The translations under genes and the position numbers were made by a program. 64,000 bases of DNA from Minisyncoccota bacterium (GTDB taxonomy: Bacteria > Patescibacteriota > Minisyncoccia > Phycocordibacterales > Zambryskibacteraceae), in contig DATDVZ010000006.1 in assembly GCA_036517475.1 (NCBI GenBank), forward strand, positions 8,226 through 72,225, given 5' to 3'. This document shows, in pieces, positions 27,296 to 38,316 of this stretch (position 1 is the stretch's first letter; every line of letters begins with the position of its first letter). The notes beneath the pieces are model-generated. The model saw only the letters and a list, made by a program, of their open reading frames with translations. It ran no database searches and was not told the origin of the DNA.

Positions 27296-27388
27296 CAGCA
27301 GGTGGATTGATAAAATTTCTTATTGGTATCTATCTCAAATTAAGGCTGAAACCTTTCCTCAACCCCACACCACAAAGCTTCGCTTTGG

Positions 27389-28303
27389 CTACGAGGCAAG
27401 CGGGCTTGAATTATCATCTTGACCTCCAATTAATGCACGTATTCTTTCATTTACTGGTGGGTGGGTAGAAAATAAACCTCTAGTTTTGTTGGCACCAAAA
27501 GGATTGGAGATAAAAAGATGGGCCGTTGCATGATTGGCGGTTTTCATTTTTATTCCGACTTTTGAAATTTTACGCAAGGCGTTAGCAAGCCCTTCAGGGT
27601 AACGAGTAAGGAGTGCGCCGCTTGCATCGGCAAGAAATTCTCTTTTACGCGAGATCGCAAGCTGAATCAAAGTTGCAATAAAAGGAGAAAGAATGGCAAG
27701 AATAATTCCCGCCACAAAAAGAATTGCCTGAATTTGGTTTCCTTTACTGCTTCTGCCACCACCAAAACTAGCTGTCCTCAAAAAAAAGTCTGAAACTAGT
27801 GTTATAAATCCGACAAGAACAACAACTACAGTGGAAAGTAAGATATCGCGATTACCAATATGGGAGAGTTCATGAGCAACCACACCTTCAAGTTCCTGCT
27901 TATTTAATATTTCAAGAATCCCCGTTGTCACAGCAACAACAGCGTGTTCCTTGTTTCTTCCTGTTGCAAAAGCGTTGGGCGCAGGGTCATCTATTACATA
28001 AATTTTTGGCATCGGCAGTCCTGCAGTAATTGAAAGATTCTCAACTGCATTCCATAGATCAAAATATTCCTCTCTTGTCGCCTCTTTTGCCTTATGAAGT
28101 TTGAGGACAATTTTGTCGGAGTACCAGTAACTTATTACATTTAAAAGAACTGAAAAAATAACAAAGAAAAAAAGAATTGATAGATTACCATAAACACGGC
28201 TAAAAACCCAGCCGATTAAAATAAGTAGAATAAAAAAGAATGACATGAATATCCAAGTCTTGCGGATGTTTTTGTCCTGATTTGTGTAAATATTTACTGA
28301 CAT
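27389..28303 (-). CDS. htpX: Zinc metalloprotease HtpX (M48 family)
   Basis: HELSHIGNRD (HExxH) and a four-TM topology. 304 aa. Confidence 0.85.
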   Translation of the reverse strand: MSVNIYTNQDKNIRKTWIFMSFFFILLILIGWVFSRVYGNLSILFFFVIFSVLLNVISYWYSDKIVLKLHKAKEATREEYFDLWNAVENLSITAGLPMPKIYVIDDPAPNAFATGRNKEHAVVAVTTGILEILNKQELEGVVAHELSHIGNRDILLSTVVVVLVGFITLVSDFFLRTASFGGGRSSKGNQIQAILFVAGIILAILSPFIATLIQLAISRKREFLADASGALLTRYPEGLANALRKISKVGIKMKTANHATAHLFISNPFGANKTRGLFSTHPPVNERIRALIGGQDDNSSPLAS

Positions 28304-28313
28304 ATCAAATTAA

Positions 28314-29201
28314 TCAAGCCATTATTGCGGACCTGTCCCCTATCTGTTGCCATCTTACTTTTTCGAGCTTGGGTTTAAGTAAATTAACAACCTTTTCTAT
28401 GCTATTAAATTCCTTCTCTAAAATATCTAAACCTCTAAATATATCGTTAACACTCCACAAGCCTTCCAAAAAGAAAATGATTTCATTACCTACTATCTCT
28501 ATATCGCTTACTATCGACAATCTTAAAATTTCTTCCAGGACATCCGGTGTAAAAACCTGTAGTGCCTCAATATGATAACCACGGGGTATGCTTAATGTAA
28601 ACTTTTTTTCAAATTCTGTAGGCAAAGACAGTTTTTCGCCAATATTAAGCTCATATTTATTATTTTTATAATTAAGATATAAATGGGGAAAATTGCTTGC
28701 AAAGCTTATTGAGTAGATTAAATAATTATATGTTCTTTTGTTCTTTCCATAATTTTTTTCAAAACTGTAAAAGAAAAGTCTGATTGTTTCCCCACTGTTT
28801 TTTGTAAACGTAATTTTGTTTTTTGCAGTCCTACTATGTCCCTGCTTAAACATAGCAGCATTTTCATTTTCAAAATTAAAAAATATTTTTGGGTCATAAG
28901 TGCCGTGGTTTTCATTTGCTATAATTTTCATCAAATTTTCGCCACCCTCTCTCCAAGGGCGATTATATCCGAAAAAATATATAACCACAGGAAAAATAAA
29001 AAACAATGAAAAGGCTGTGAACGGCGTTTGTTCTGCTAGGTCTTTAAGGAAATCTATATTTGCTAAAAAAGCTAATAAAATCAAAATTGCTACTAAAAAA
29101 TACCAGACTTTCAGATACGGTAAATACTTTCTTTTAAATTTTTCTTTTCTCCTGATATTCTCTTCACGAATTTCGCTAATTTTTGCACTATTGAAATTCA
29201 T
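28314..29201 (-). CDS. Hypothetical membrane protein (295 aa), lemA/htpX neighbourhood
   Basis: N-terminal TM helices. Conserved position between htpX and lemA. Confidence 0.45.
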   Translation of the reverse strand: MNFNSAKISEIREENIRRKEKFKRKYLPYLKVWYFLVAILILLAFLANIDFLKDLAEQTPFTAFSLFFIFPVVIYFFGYNRPWREGGENLMKIIANENHGTYDPKIFFNFENENAAMFKQGHSRTAKNKITFTKNSGETIRLFFYSFEKNYGKNKRTYNYLIYSISFASNFPHLYLNYKNNKYELNIGEKLSLPTEFEKKFTLSIPRGYHIEALQVFTPDVLEEILRLSIVSDIEIVGNEIIFFLEGLWSVNDIFRGLDILEKEFNSIEKVVNLLKPKLEKVRWQQIGDRSAIMA

Positions 29202-29215
29202 TATTTAATTTATAG

Positions 29216-29767
29216 CTAAAATTTTACAGCAACTGGTTCGCGGGCTGCGGCTTCAGTTTCTGAAAGCTCGAAAAATTCCTTTTTTCCGAAACGGAAAAGA
29301 TTGGCAATCAAATTTGACGGAAAACTTTCAACTTTAGTATTGAGGTCGCGGACATTGGTATTGTAAAAGCGGCGCGCTGCCTGAATTTTATTTTCCGTAT
29401 CAGATAATTCATTCTGAAGCTGAAGAAAATTCTGATTGGCTTTTAATTCCGGATAAGCTTCGGCAATCGCAAATATAGATTTCAGCGCCCCTGTCAGCAT
29501 ATTTTCCGCAGCGCCCTTTTCCGCAGGTCCCTGAGCGCCCATAGCGGCAGAGCGCGCACGGGTTACATTTTCAAATGCAGTCTTTTCGTGTGTGGCATAA
29601 CCTTTTACTGATTCAACTAAATTAGGGATAAGATCATATCTGCGTTTGAGCTGTACATCAATATCAGCCCACGCCTCTTTTGCCCTGTTGATCAAAGAGA
29701 CGAAACGGTTATAAGCAAATATAGCCCAAAGTACAATTACAGCAAGAATTATTAAAATAATTATCAT
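29216..29767 (-). CDS. lemA: LemA-family protein
   Basis: N-terminal TM plus the LemA core (RYDLIPNLVE...AYPELKANQNFLQLQ). Confidence 0.8.
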   Translation of the reverse strand: MIIILIILAVIVLWAIFAYNRFVSLINRAKEAWADIDVQLKRRYDLIPNLVESVKGYATHEKTAFENVTRARSAAMGAQGPAEKGAAENMLTGALKSIFAIAEAYPELKANQNFLQLQNELSDTENKIQAARRFYNTNVRDLNTKVESFPSNLIANLFRFGKKEFFELSETEAAAREPVAVKF

Positions 29768-30019
29768 TTGTTTTATTAATAATAAATAATATTAATTATA
29801 CCATTTCTTCCCGGACTTTTTTTCATTTTCAGTTTATGATTAGATTAGAAAAGATCGATCCGGGGGGCGCAATGGCAGATAAAATTGAAAGAATCTTTTT
29901 ACTCAAAGGAATATTCCTTCTTTTGTTTGCAATCTTTCTTTTGCTTATGCTTTTTAGCCTTACTAGAAAGCCGGATAATGAGTCCAGTCCAAAGGGTAGT
30001 GTCTCATTTACCCATTTAA

Positions 30020-30041
30020 CCACACCCCGTTAGGGGTGTTT

Positions 30042-30044
<3 letters not shown>
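30020..30044 (+). terminator. Plus-strand hairpin with T-tract; it would terminate a possible small plus-strand gene 29836-30033
   Basis: Stem acacccc/ggggtgt with loop gtta, followed by TTTTT. Overlaps the groEL stop. Confidence 0.4.
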
Positions 30045-31709
<1,665 letters not shown>

Positions 31710-31736
31710 TTAAAAGGAAAAAAGGTAAAAAATAAA

Positions 31737-32048
31737 TTATTTTAATAAAGCGATTATTTCGCTTTCTCGTACAATTACATATTCTTCACCCTTGTAACTT
31801 ACATTATCTCCCCATTGATATAAAACTTTGTCCCCGACTTTTAATTTGACTGGTATAAGTTTGCCACCCTCAAAACGTCCCTCACCTACCGCTATTACCT
31901 CTCCTTGTTTTGTGCTTTTGTCTTCCTTTACGTTTTCTGGAATATAAATTCCTGAAGTACTTTTTTCTTTTTCTTTAATCTCCTTAAGAATCACTTTATC
32001 ACCCAAAGGTTTAAGACCGATAGATTTCTTTTTATTTTCCTTAGCCAT
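31737..32048 (-). CDS. groS: Co-chaperonin GroES (Cpn10)
   Basis: LKPLGDKVILK...GIYIP...GEVIAVG pattern. Immediately upstream of groEL. Confidence 0.9.
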   Translation of the reverse strand: MAKENKKKSIGLKPLGDKVILKEIKEKEKSTSGIYIPENVKEDKSTKQGEVIAVGEGRFEGGKLIPVKLKVGDKVLYQWGDNVSYKGEEYVIVRESEIIALLK

Positions 32049-32117
32049 ATTTATAAAAGTTATTTTATGAGGGTTATATTATAGAGAGAGCCCACTTGCT
32101 GTCAAATTTTAATTTTT

Positions 32118-32153
32118 ACAAAACAAAAAGGGCCCACAACTTCGTGAGCCCTT
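32118..32153 (-). terminator. Intrinsic terminator downstream of the GC-rich gene
   Basis: Minus strand: stem aagggc/gccctt followed by UUUUUGUUUUG. Confidence 0.5.
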
Positions 32154-32173
32154 GTTACTACCACCTTCGTCGA

Positions 32174-32797
32174 TCAGAGATCGGCGAAAGCGTCCTCCAC
32201 CGCCTGGCCGGCGCGCGAGTGCTTCTTCGCACGCTTGGCGTCCTTCACCTCCTCGTCCGCCGCTCCTTGGAGACGGGCGATTTCCTCGCCCATCTGCCGG
32301 TAGAGCTCGACGAGGGTCCCTTCGGAGGCACGAACCTTGTCGGCCTCGCGGGGTCCTTCGCGAGACTCCAGCGCTTCGCGAAGCTCATCGAGCTTCGCTA
32401 CCGCCGCGTCTGCGTAGTCCGCCCACGCCTCGGGGGCATGACGCTGGATGTAATCCAGCCGCCCAGCGAAGAACTTGGGTGACCCCCCGATGAAGGCCAG
32501 GAGCACCTTGCGCATATCATCGCGCAAGACCTTTCCGGCACCGATAACCTTGCGGAAATCGGATTCGGGAGGATTCATCCCGGCTTCGTCCCGCCCCTTG
32601 AGGTCTTTGGCCCCATCGCGGAAGTCATGGAACCGCCCCACAAGGTCGTCCGAGAGGTGAAAACCCGCGAGCCCGAACTCATTCCGAGTCCCCTCGCCGA
32701 GCTTGTAGAACCACACCACCTCCTTGGCGATCGCCGCGAGGCCGAGGAGATTGGGTGCGAACTCCAACCTCTTCTCCTGCTTTTGACTCTGGGCCAT
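32174..32797 (-). CDS. Hypothetical protein (207 aa) encoded by a roughly 65% GC island; probable horizontally acquired or chimeric segment
   Basis: Long ORF whose DNA is strikingly GC-rich compared with all flanking sequence. Ala/Arg/Glu-rich product, no recognisable motif. The track ORFs on the opposite strand (32096-32890) are high-GC frame artefacts. Confidence 0.5.
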   Translation of the reverse strand: MAQSQKQEKRLEFAPNLLGLAAIAKEVVWFYKLGEGTRNEFGLAGFHLSDDLVGRFHDFRDGAKDLKGRDEAGMNPPESDFRKVIGAGKVLRDDMRKVLLAFIGGSPKFFAGRLDYIQRHAPEAWADYADAAVAKLDELREALESREGPREADKVRASEGTLVELYRQMGEEIARLQGAADEEVKDAKRAKKHSRAGQAVEDAFADL

Positions 32798-32979
32798 GGG
32801 CCCCTTGCCTTTCCTCCCCGTGGGGAAATATTGCGTTATGCTTCGAAAACTTCAGAAAGCTACTATAGAACTGTTACAGTAGCATTATAGCATACTCAAT
32901 TTATATGTCAAGCAGAAGAACATAAAATATAGAACATGAAACATAGAACATCAAATAAATGGCTTAAAATAGCCATAAT

Positions 32980-33255
32980 TTGCGGAATGGTTGCAATATA
33001 TTTTTATTAAAATATAATGTTGCCATGAGTATATCTGCAGTTCTGCCCTATTTTCAGATACTCCTTTCAGTTCTCCTAATTGGAGGCATTCTTTTACAGA
33101 GATCTGAAGCATCACTTGGCTCGGCATTCGGAGGAAGTGACCTTGGAGGAGCTAATTTTGAAAGAAGAGGAGCTGAAAAATTTATCTTCAGGCTTACGAT
33201 AATAGTAGGAATACTTTTTGCTATATCTGCGCTGGCAGGTTTATTTTTGCAGTAG
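32980..33255 (+). CDS. secG: Preprotein translocase subunit SecG (the probable start is MSISAV at 33016)
   Basis: Two TM helices with the SecG-like LLQ...GSAFGGS loop. Confidence 0.5.
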   Translation: MRNGCNIFLLKYNVAMSISAVLPYFQILLSVLLIGGILLQRSEASLGSAFGGSDLGGANFERRGAEKFIFRLTIIVGILFAISALAGLFLQ

Positions 33256-33353
33256 AATTAATAAGCAACTAAGAACTTACCCTCAAAAAATTTTTAGAGA
33301 AAGTTGGGGGGCAAGCAATTCTCAACCTATAACAGATCTCTTGATTAAAGACT

Positions 33354-33480
33354 ATGAATCCCGTTAGAAGCCGCGGTCGCAGTTTATAAAATTTACTAAA
33401 TTTTTAAAATGAGTACATCGATAGATTATCAAAATAACTTTATTCAGGAAGCGTTGACCGCGACCTGCTTCTAACGGGAT
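33354..33480 (+). repeat. Long-hairpin repeat element, copy 2 (plus orientation). The 3' arm ends on the ATG of the solute-binding protein gene
   Basis: 5' arm ATGAATCCCGTTAGAAGCCGCGGTC at 33354-33378. 3' arm GACCGCGACCTGCTTCTAACGGGAT at 33456-33480. The ATG is at 33479-33481. Flanked on both sides by ATGAAT. Confidence 0.75.
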
Positions 33481-35200
33481 GAATTTGTTTTCTCAATTTA
33501 AATTTCCAAAAGAAGAATCATTTCAGAGAGCTTTTTCTTCGTTCTCACTAACTGAAAAAGTTGTTTTTTGGATTCTTGTATTTCTTTTTTCTGTTTCAAC
33601 ATTTCTACTTTTATATAAAGTCAGTGCATCTTTTTCTTTTGAAGTTCCCACTGAGGGAGGAAAAATCAAAGAGGGAGTTGTTGGAAGTGCTCGATTTATT
33701 AACCCACTTCTTTCAATAAGTGAGGCTGATAAAGATCTGACTTCATTAATTTATTCTGGACTACTTAAAGCAACACCCGAAGGAAACTTAGTCCCTGACT
33801 TGGTGGAAAATTATAGTATTTCAGAAGATGGGCTCGTTTACGATTTCAAACTCAAAGAAAACCTAAAATTTCACGACGGATCAAAAGTTACAACAGATGA
33901 TATTGAATTTACAATTACTAAAGCTCAGGATCCAACTCTCAAAAGTCCAAGAAGAGCTAGTTGGGATGGGGTGAGTATTGAAAAAATAAATGAAAGAGAA
34001 ATCAGATTAGTACTAAAGCAACCTTATGGACCGTTCCTCTCAAATGCAACACTTGGAATCCTGCCAAAAAAACTTTGGAAAAATGTCAGCGCCGATGAAT
34101 TCGCTTTCAGTGATCTCAATATTAATCCGGTTGGTTCCGGCCCCTATAAAGTTGGAAGTGTCAAAAAAAATTCTTCTGGATTACCTAGTGAATATAGTCT
34201 GAAATCTTTCAGAAATTATGCAGTTAGGAAGCCCTACATTCCTACTGTCAACATAAAATTTTATTCAAATGAGAATGATTTAATTGATGCGTTAAGAAGT
34301 GGTGAGATAAATAGTGCAAATATTTCCTCACAGGCAGCCAAAGATCTCAAAAAGAATTTCAGAGTTGAAAGAACGCTACAACCTCGTATATTTGCAGTTT
34401 TTTTCAATCAGAATCAAGCAAATATTTTTGCTGAAAAGGCCCTGCGTCAAGCGCTCGATATTTCAGCGGATAAAAGTTCAATTGTTAACGAGGTGCTTAA
34501 AGGTTACGGCCAAGAAATTTCATCACCTATTCCAAATACATCAATAAAAAATGGTTTTGTGGGAGATAGGACTGAAAAAGCAAAAGAAATTCTAACAAAG
34601 GCGGGTTGGAAACTTTCTTCAACAACGGGGATCATGGAAAAAAAGACAAAATCGGCAACATTGAAACTTTCTTTTACCATCTCAACTAGCGAAGCGCCGG
34701 AACTTAAGGCCACAGCAGAAAAACTCATTTCAGACTGGCAAAAAATTGGAGCTGAAGTTACACTGGCCATTTATGAAACGGGGGATCTCAACCAAAATAT
34801 CATAAGACCAAGAAAATATGATGCACTATTTTTTGGCGAGATAATCGGACGCGATAGGGATATTTACCCATTCTGGCACTCCTCCCAACGTAATGACCCG
34901 GGATTAAACGTAGCAATGTATGTAAATAACAGGGCTGATAAACTTCTGGAGGAAGCAAGAGCGGCATCGAATATAGAGATACGTGATGCAAAGTATGAAA
35001 TGTTTCTCAAAGAGATAGAAGCTGACGTTCCCGCCGTCTTTGTTTACTCACCACAGTTCCTCTATGTTGTTCCGGAAAAAATCAAGGGAATAAAACTTGG
35101 CACTGTTACAACAGCGTCCGAAAGATTTACAGATATTGAAAATTGGTATATGCAAACAACAAGGGTATGGAAAATATTTAGTACGAATGTTACGAATTAG
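33479..35200 (+). CDS. ABC transporter substrate-binding protein, family 5 (oligopeptide/dipeptide/nickel type), membrane-anchored
   Basis: 573 aa, N-terminal TM helix, SBP family 5 core. The start codon is embedded in hairpin element copy 2. Confidence 0.75.
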   Translation: MNLFSQFKFPKEESFQRAFSSFSLTEKVVFWILVFLFSVSTFLLLYKVSASFSFEVPTEGGKIKEGVVGSARFINPLLSISEADKDLTSLIYSGLLKATPEGNLVPDLVENYSISEDGLVYDFKLKENLKFHDGSKVTTDDIEFTITKAQDPTLKSPRRASWDGVSIEKINEREIRLVLKQPYGPFLSNATLGILPKKLWKNVSADEFAFSDLNINPVGSGPYKVGSVKKNSSGLPSEYSLKSFRNYAVRKPYIPTVNIKFYSNENDLIDALRSGEINSANISSQAAKDLKKNFRVERTLQPRIFAVFFNQNQANIFAEKALRQALDISADKSSIVNEVLKGYGQEISSPIPNTSIKNGFVGDRTEKAKEILTKAGWKLSSTTGIMEKKTKSATLKLSFTISTSEAPELKATAEKLISDWQKIGAEVTLAIYETGDLNQNIIRPRKYDALFFGEIIGRDRDIYPFWHSSQRNDPGLNVAMYVNNRADKLLEEARAASNIEIRDAKYEMFLKEIEADVPAVFVYSPQFLYVVPEKIKGIKLGTVTTASERFTDIENWYMQTTRVWKIFSTNVTN

Positions 35201-35246
35201 ATCGAATGATACGAATTATAGCTAATAATAATTATTATTAATAAAA

Positions 35247-37088
35247 ATGGAACCAAATATAAATCCAAATAGATCATCATCTTACAGCAGAAGAGGAAGT
35301 TTCTCTTCATCAAGAGGAATGTCTCCAAGAAGATTCGGCAGACGCCCAAGCCCGTCAATGAGGCATAGACAAACAAATTCGGTCACTGATAAAGAGACGG
35401 TAGTCATACCGCCGGCAGGAAATAATATAAGAATTATTCCTCTTGGTGGGGTAGAGGAAATCGGACAGAATATGACCGCTGTTGAGTATAAAGACAATAT
35501 AATTGTTGTTGATTGCGGATTCCAGTTTAGAGAAGAAGAGACCCCAGGTATTGATTTTATTCTTCCGAATGCCAAATATCTCGAGGAAAGAAAAGAAAAA
35601 ATCAAAGCTGTATTTATTACTCACGGCCACCTTGACCACATCGGCGGAATTCCCTACATAATGCCAAATATCGGAAATCCTCCCATATATTCGCGCCAAT
35701 TCGGAGCAATAATGATTTTGAAGCGGCAGGAGGAATTTCCCCATTTGCCAAAACTTGATATGAAAATAATTGAAGGTAGTGAAACTATTACAATCTCGCC
35801 TGAATTCAAAGTGGAGACTTTCCCCATTTCTCACACAATTCCTGATTCAATGGGGCTTATTATAAAGACTCCGATCGGAGATATCGTATTTATTGAGGAC
35901 GTCAGGGTGGATAACATTGAAGGCATACCGACAGAGGAAGAAGTGGAACAATATAAAAGGTTCAAAAATATGAATGTTCTGCTTCTGACTATGGACTCAA
36001 CTTCAATTGAAAAACCCGGATTTTCTATCTCCGAATCTGTTGTCATAAAAAATATTGAAAAAATCATCCGTGCAGTCCCATCGCGCCTTATAATCTCCAC
36101 TTTCGCCTCCCAAGTGGAGCGCATTATTGCAATTCTAAACATCTGCCGGAAACTCAATAAAAAAGTTGTCGTGGACGGAAGATCCATGAAGACGAATGTT
36201 GAAATAATCAGACAGCTTAAAATGGTTGACTTGGAAGGAATCGTAATTCCTCTTGAGGAAGTTGAAAACTACCCGCCGGATAGGATTGTGATGGTAGTAA
36301 CTGGGGCACAAGGAGAAGAGTTTGCCGCACTTATGAGAATTGCAAACAAGACACATAAATACCTACGATTGCGTCCTACCGATACAATTTTACTTTCGTC
36401 TTCAATAATTCCTACCAACTACAATGCAATTGTAAAGTTAAAGGACAATCTTTACCGTTCTGAAGCAAAAATCATTACTTACCTTGATTCCGATGTTCAT
36501 GCTTCCGGACACGGTAACCGCGAGGAACTACGTTGGATTCACAATCAGATGGACTATAAATTTTTCATGCCGGTTCATGGTAACCACTATATGTTGCGCC
36601 AGCATGCCGAACTTGCCTACAGCAGAGGTGTAACAAAAGAAAATGTTGTGGTGCCGGACAACGGATCAGTTGTTGAGATTTCTGAAGATGGCAAAAGTAT
36701 TTCAATGCTCCCCGTTAAGGCGCCCAGTTACCCAGTTCTTGTAGACGGATTATCTATCGGAGGCGGACAAGAAATTGTCATGCGGGATCGAAAAATGCTT
36801 GCTGAAGAAGGCTTTGTTGTCATCATTGCAAGTGTAAATGTTAAAACCGGCAGACTAAAAAAATCTCCGGACATAATTTCTCGCGGATTTATCTATTTGA
36901 GAGAATCACAAGACCTTCTTTCAAATACGAGAATCCTTATAAAAAGAACAATTGAAAATACAACTGTCGGCATGAATCCGGTTGATTTTGACACTGTCAA
37001 AAGAGTTCTAAATGAAGCGGTGGAAAGATACCTTTATCAAAAGACTGCAAAGAGACCGATTATTATTCCAGTGGTATTGGGAGTGTAA
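35247..37088 (+). CDS. rnj: Ribonuclease J (metallo-beta-lactamase/beta-CASP) with an unusual Arg/Ser-rich N-terminal extension of about 60 aa
   Basis: HGHLDHIGG and HASGHGNREELRWIH beta-CASP motifs. 613 aa. Confidence 0.85.
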   Translation: MEPNINPNRSSSYSRRGSFSSSRGMSPRRFGRRPSPSMRHRQTNSVTDKETVVIPPAGNNIRIIPLGGVEEIGQNMTAVEYKDNIIVVDCGFQFREEETPGIDFILPNAKYLEERKEKIKAVFITHGHLDHIGGIPYIMPNIGNPPIYSRQFGAIMILKRQEEFPHLPKLDMKIIEGSETITISPEFKVETFPISHTIPDSMGLIIKTPIGDIVFIEDVRVDNIEGIPTEEEVEQYKRFKNMNVLLLTMDSTSIEKPGFSISESVVIKNIEKIIRAVPSRLIISTFASQVERIIAILNICRKLNKKVVVDGRSMKTNVEIIRQLKMVDLEGIVIPLEEVENYPPDRIVMVVTGAQGEEFAALMRIANKTHKYLRLRPTDTILLSSSIIPTNYNAIVKLKDNLYRSEAKIITYLDSDVHASGHGNREELRWIHNQMDYKFFMPVHGNHYMLRQHAELAYSRGVTKENVVVPDNGSVVEISEDGKSISMLPVKAPSYPVLVDGLSIGGGQEIVMRDRKMLAEEGFVVIIASVNVKTGRLKKSPDIISRGFIYLRESQDLLSNTRILIKRTIENTTVGMNPVDFDTVKRVLNEAVERYLYQKTAKRPIIIPVVLGV

Positions 37089-37143
37089 GAAAAAATTCAT
37101 ATTTCTTGTTTATTGTTTATCGTTTCTTGTTATTATTATTTAA

Positions 37144-38316
37144 ATGCATTTCTTCTTCAGCACTAAGCGAAATAAAGTCGTTCCTTATATTTACCTTGCT
37201 AATCTGCTTTTAGCTTTCCACTATTATTTAGTAATCTACATTAACTCCACGTTTCTTGAGGGATTCTTCAGTAAATCCGGCGTAGGAAATCTTTATATTT
37301 TAGGTGCAGCCATAAGCCTTTTGATGTTTTTGGAAGCTCCAAGATTCCTTCGCAGATTCGGTAATGCTCACTACTTGCTTGCCGCAATAGTTCTTGAATT
37401 CTTGGCTACTCTTGGCATGGCTTTTGCTGATAGCCCGACAACAGCGGGATTATTTTTTGTCCTGCATACCGGTTTAATTACAATGATTGCGTTCTCTCTG
37501 GATATTTTTCTTGAGGGGGCAATGCTGGGGGAAGAAGACACTGGAGAAACAAGAGCAATATTTCTAACTTTAGGAAATACCATTCTTGTTATTGCCCCCC
37601 TCATTGTCGGCCTTCTGGCATTTGAGGGCAACTTCACTCTAGTTTATATAACCTCGGCAATTTTTTGTATTCCTCTTCTTAGTGTTGTCTTCAAGGACCT
37701 CAGAGTGCCAGACCAAGGTGTTGACCATATTGGACTCAAAGATTCTATTGCGGAAGTTGGGGGGGATAAAAATTTACGCAATGTCAGCTGGGTTCAACTT
37801 TTTCTGCAGATCTTTTACGCTTGGATGGTTATCTACATGCCGATTTACCTCCATGAGTATGTGGGCTTCAGCTGGCAGCAGTTGGGAATGATGTTTGCCA
37901 TTATGCTTTTACCCTTTATTCTCTTTGAAATTCCTGTCGGATACTTAGCGGACAAAAAATGGGGGGAAAAGGAATTTATGTTTGCTGGATTTGCAATAAT
38001 TGCTCTAGCTATGTTTTTGGTGCCTTTTATTGCAACAAAAAGTTTTATTTTATGGACTGCTCTTCTTTTCTTATCCCGCACTGGTGCAAGCTTTATTGAA
38101 ATTACAGCTGAGTCATTCTTTTTCAAACACGTTAGAGCGCGCAATGTGAGCATTATCAGCCTTTTCAGGATGACAAGACCGATTGCTTATATTTTAGTTC
38201 CTTTAATTCTTGGAGTTTTCCTAAAATTAGTTAACTTTAGCGTATCTTTTTTCATTCTTGCCGTTATAATTTTATTCGGAATAAATTTTGTCAGAAGAAT
38301 TGTAGATACTAAATAA
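37144..38316 (+). CDS. MFS-type transporter
   Basis: 390 aa, about 12 TM helices. Confidence 0.55.
   Translation: MHFFFSTKRNKVVPYIYLANLLLAFHYYLVIYINSTFLEGFFSKSGVGNLYILGAAISLLMFLEAPRFLRRFGNAHYLLAAIVLEFLATLGMAFADSPTTAGLFFVLHTGLITMIAFSLDIFLEGAMLGEEDTGETRAIFLTLGNTILVIAPLIVGLLAFEGNFTLVYITSAIFCIPLLSVVFKDLRVPDQGVDHIGLKDSIAEVGGDKNLRNVSWVQLFLQIFYAWMVIYMPIYLHEYVGFSWQQLGMMFAIMLLPFILFEIPVGYLADKKWGEKEFMFAGFAIIALAMFLVPFIATKSFILWTALLFLSRTGASFIEITAESFFFKHVRARNVSIISLFRMTRPIAYILVPLILGVFLKLVNFSVSFFILAVIILFGINFVRRIVDTK

Noticed and set aside
29836-30033. 65-aa plus-strand small membrane ORF between lemA and groEL
   Set aside because: It has no convincing RBS at either candidate ATG. It is followed by a hairpin and T-tract, so I mention it only as a low-confidence possibility and not as a feature.
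32096-32890. Plus-strand ORFs 32096-32482, 32152-32493, 32475-32660 and 32627-32890
   Set aside because: Arg/Pro/Ala-rich translations typical of antisense frames in high-GC DNA. The minus-strand 207-aa ORF is the only coherent reading.
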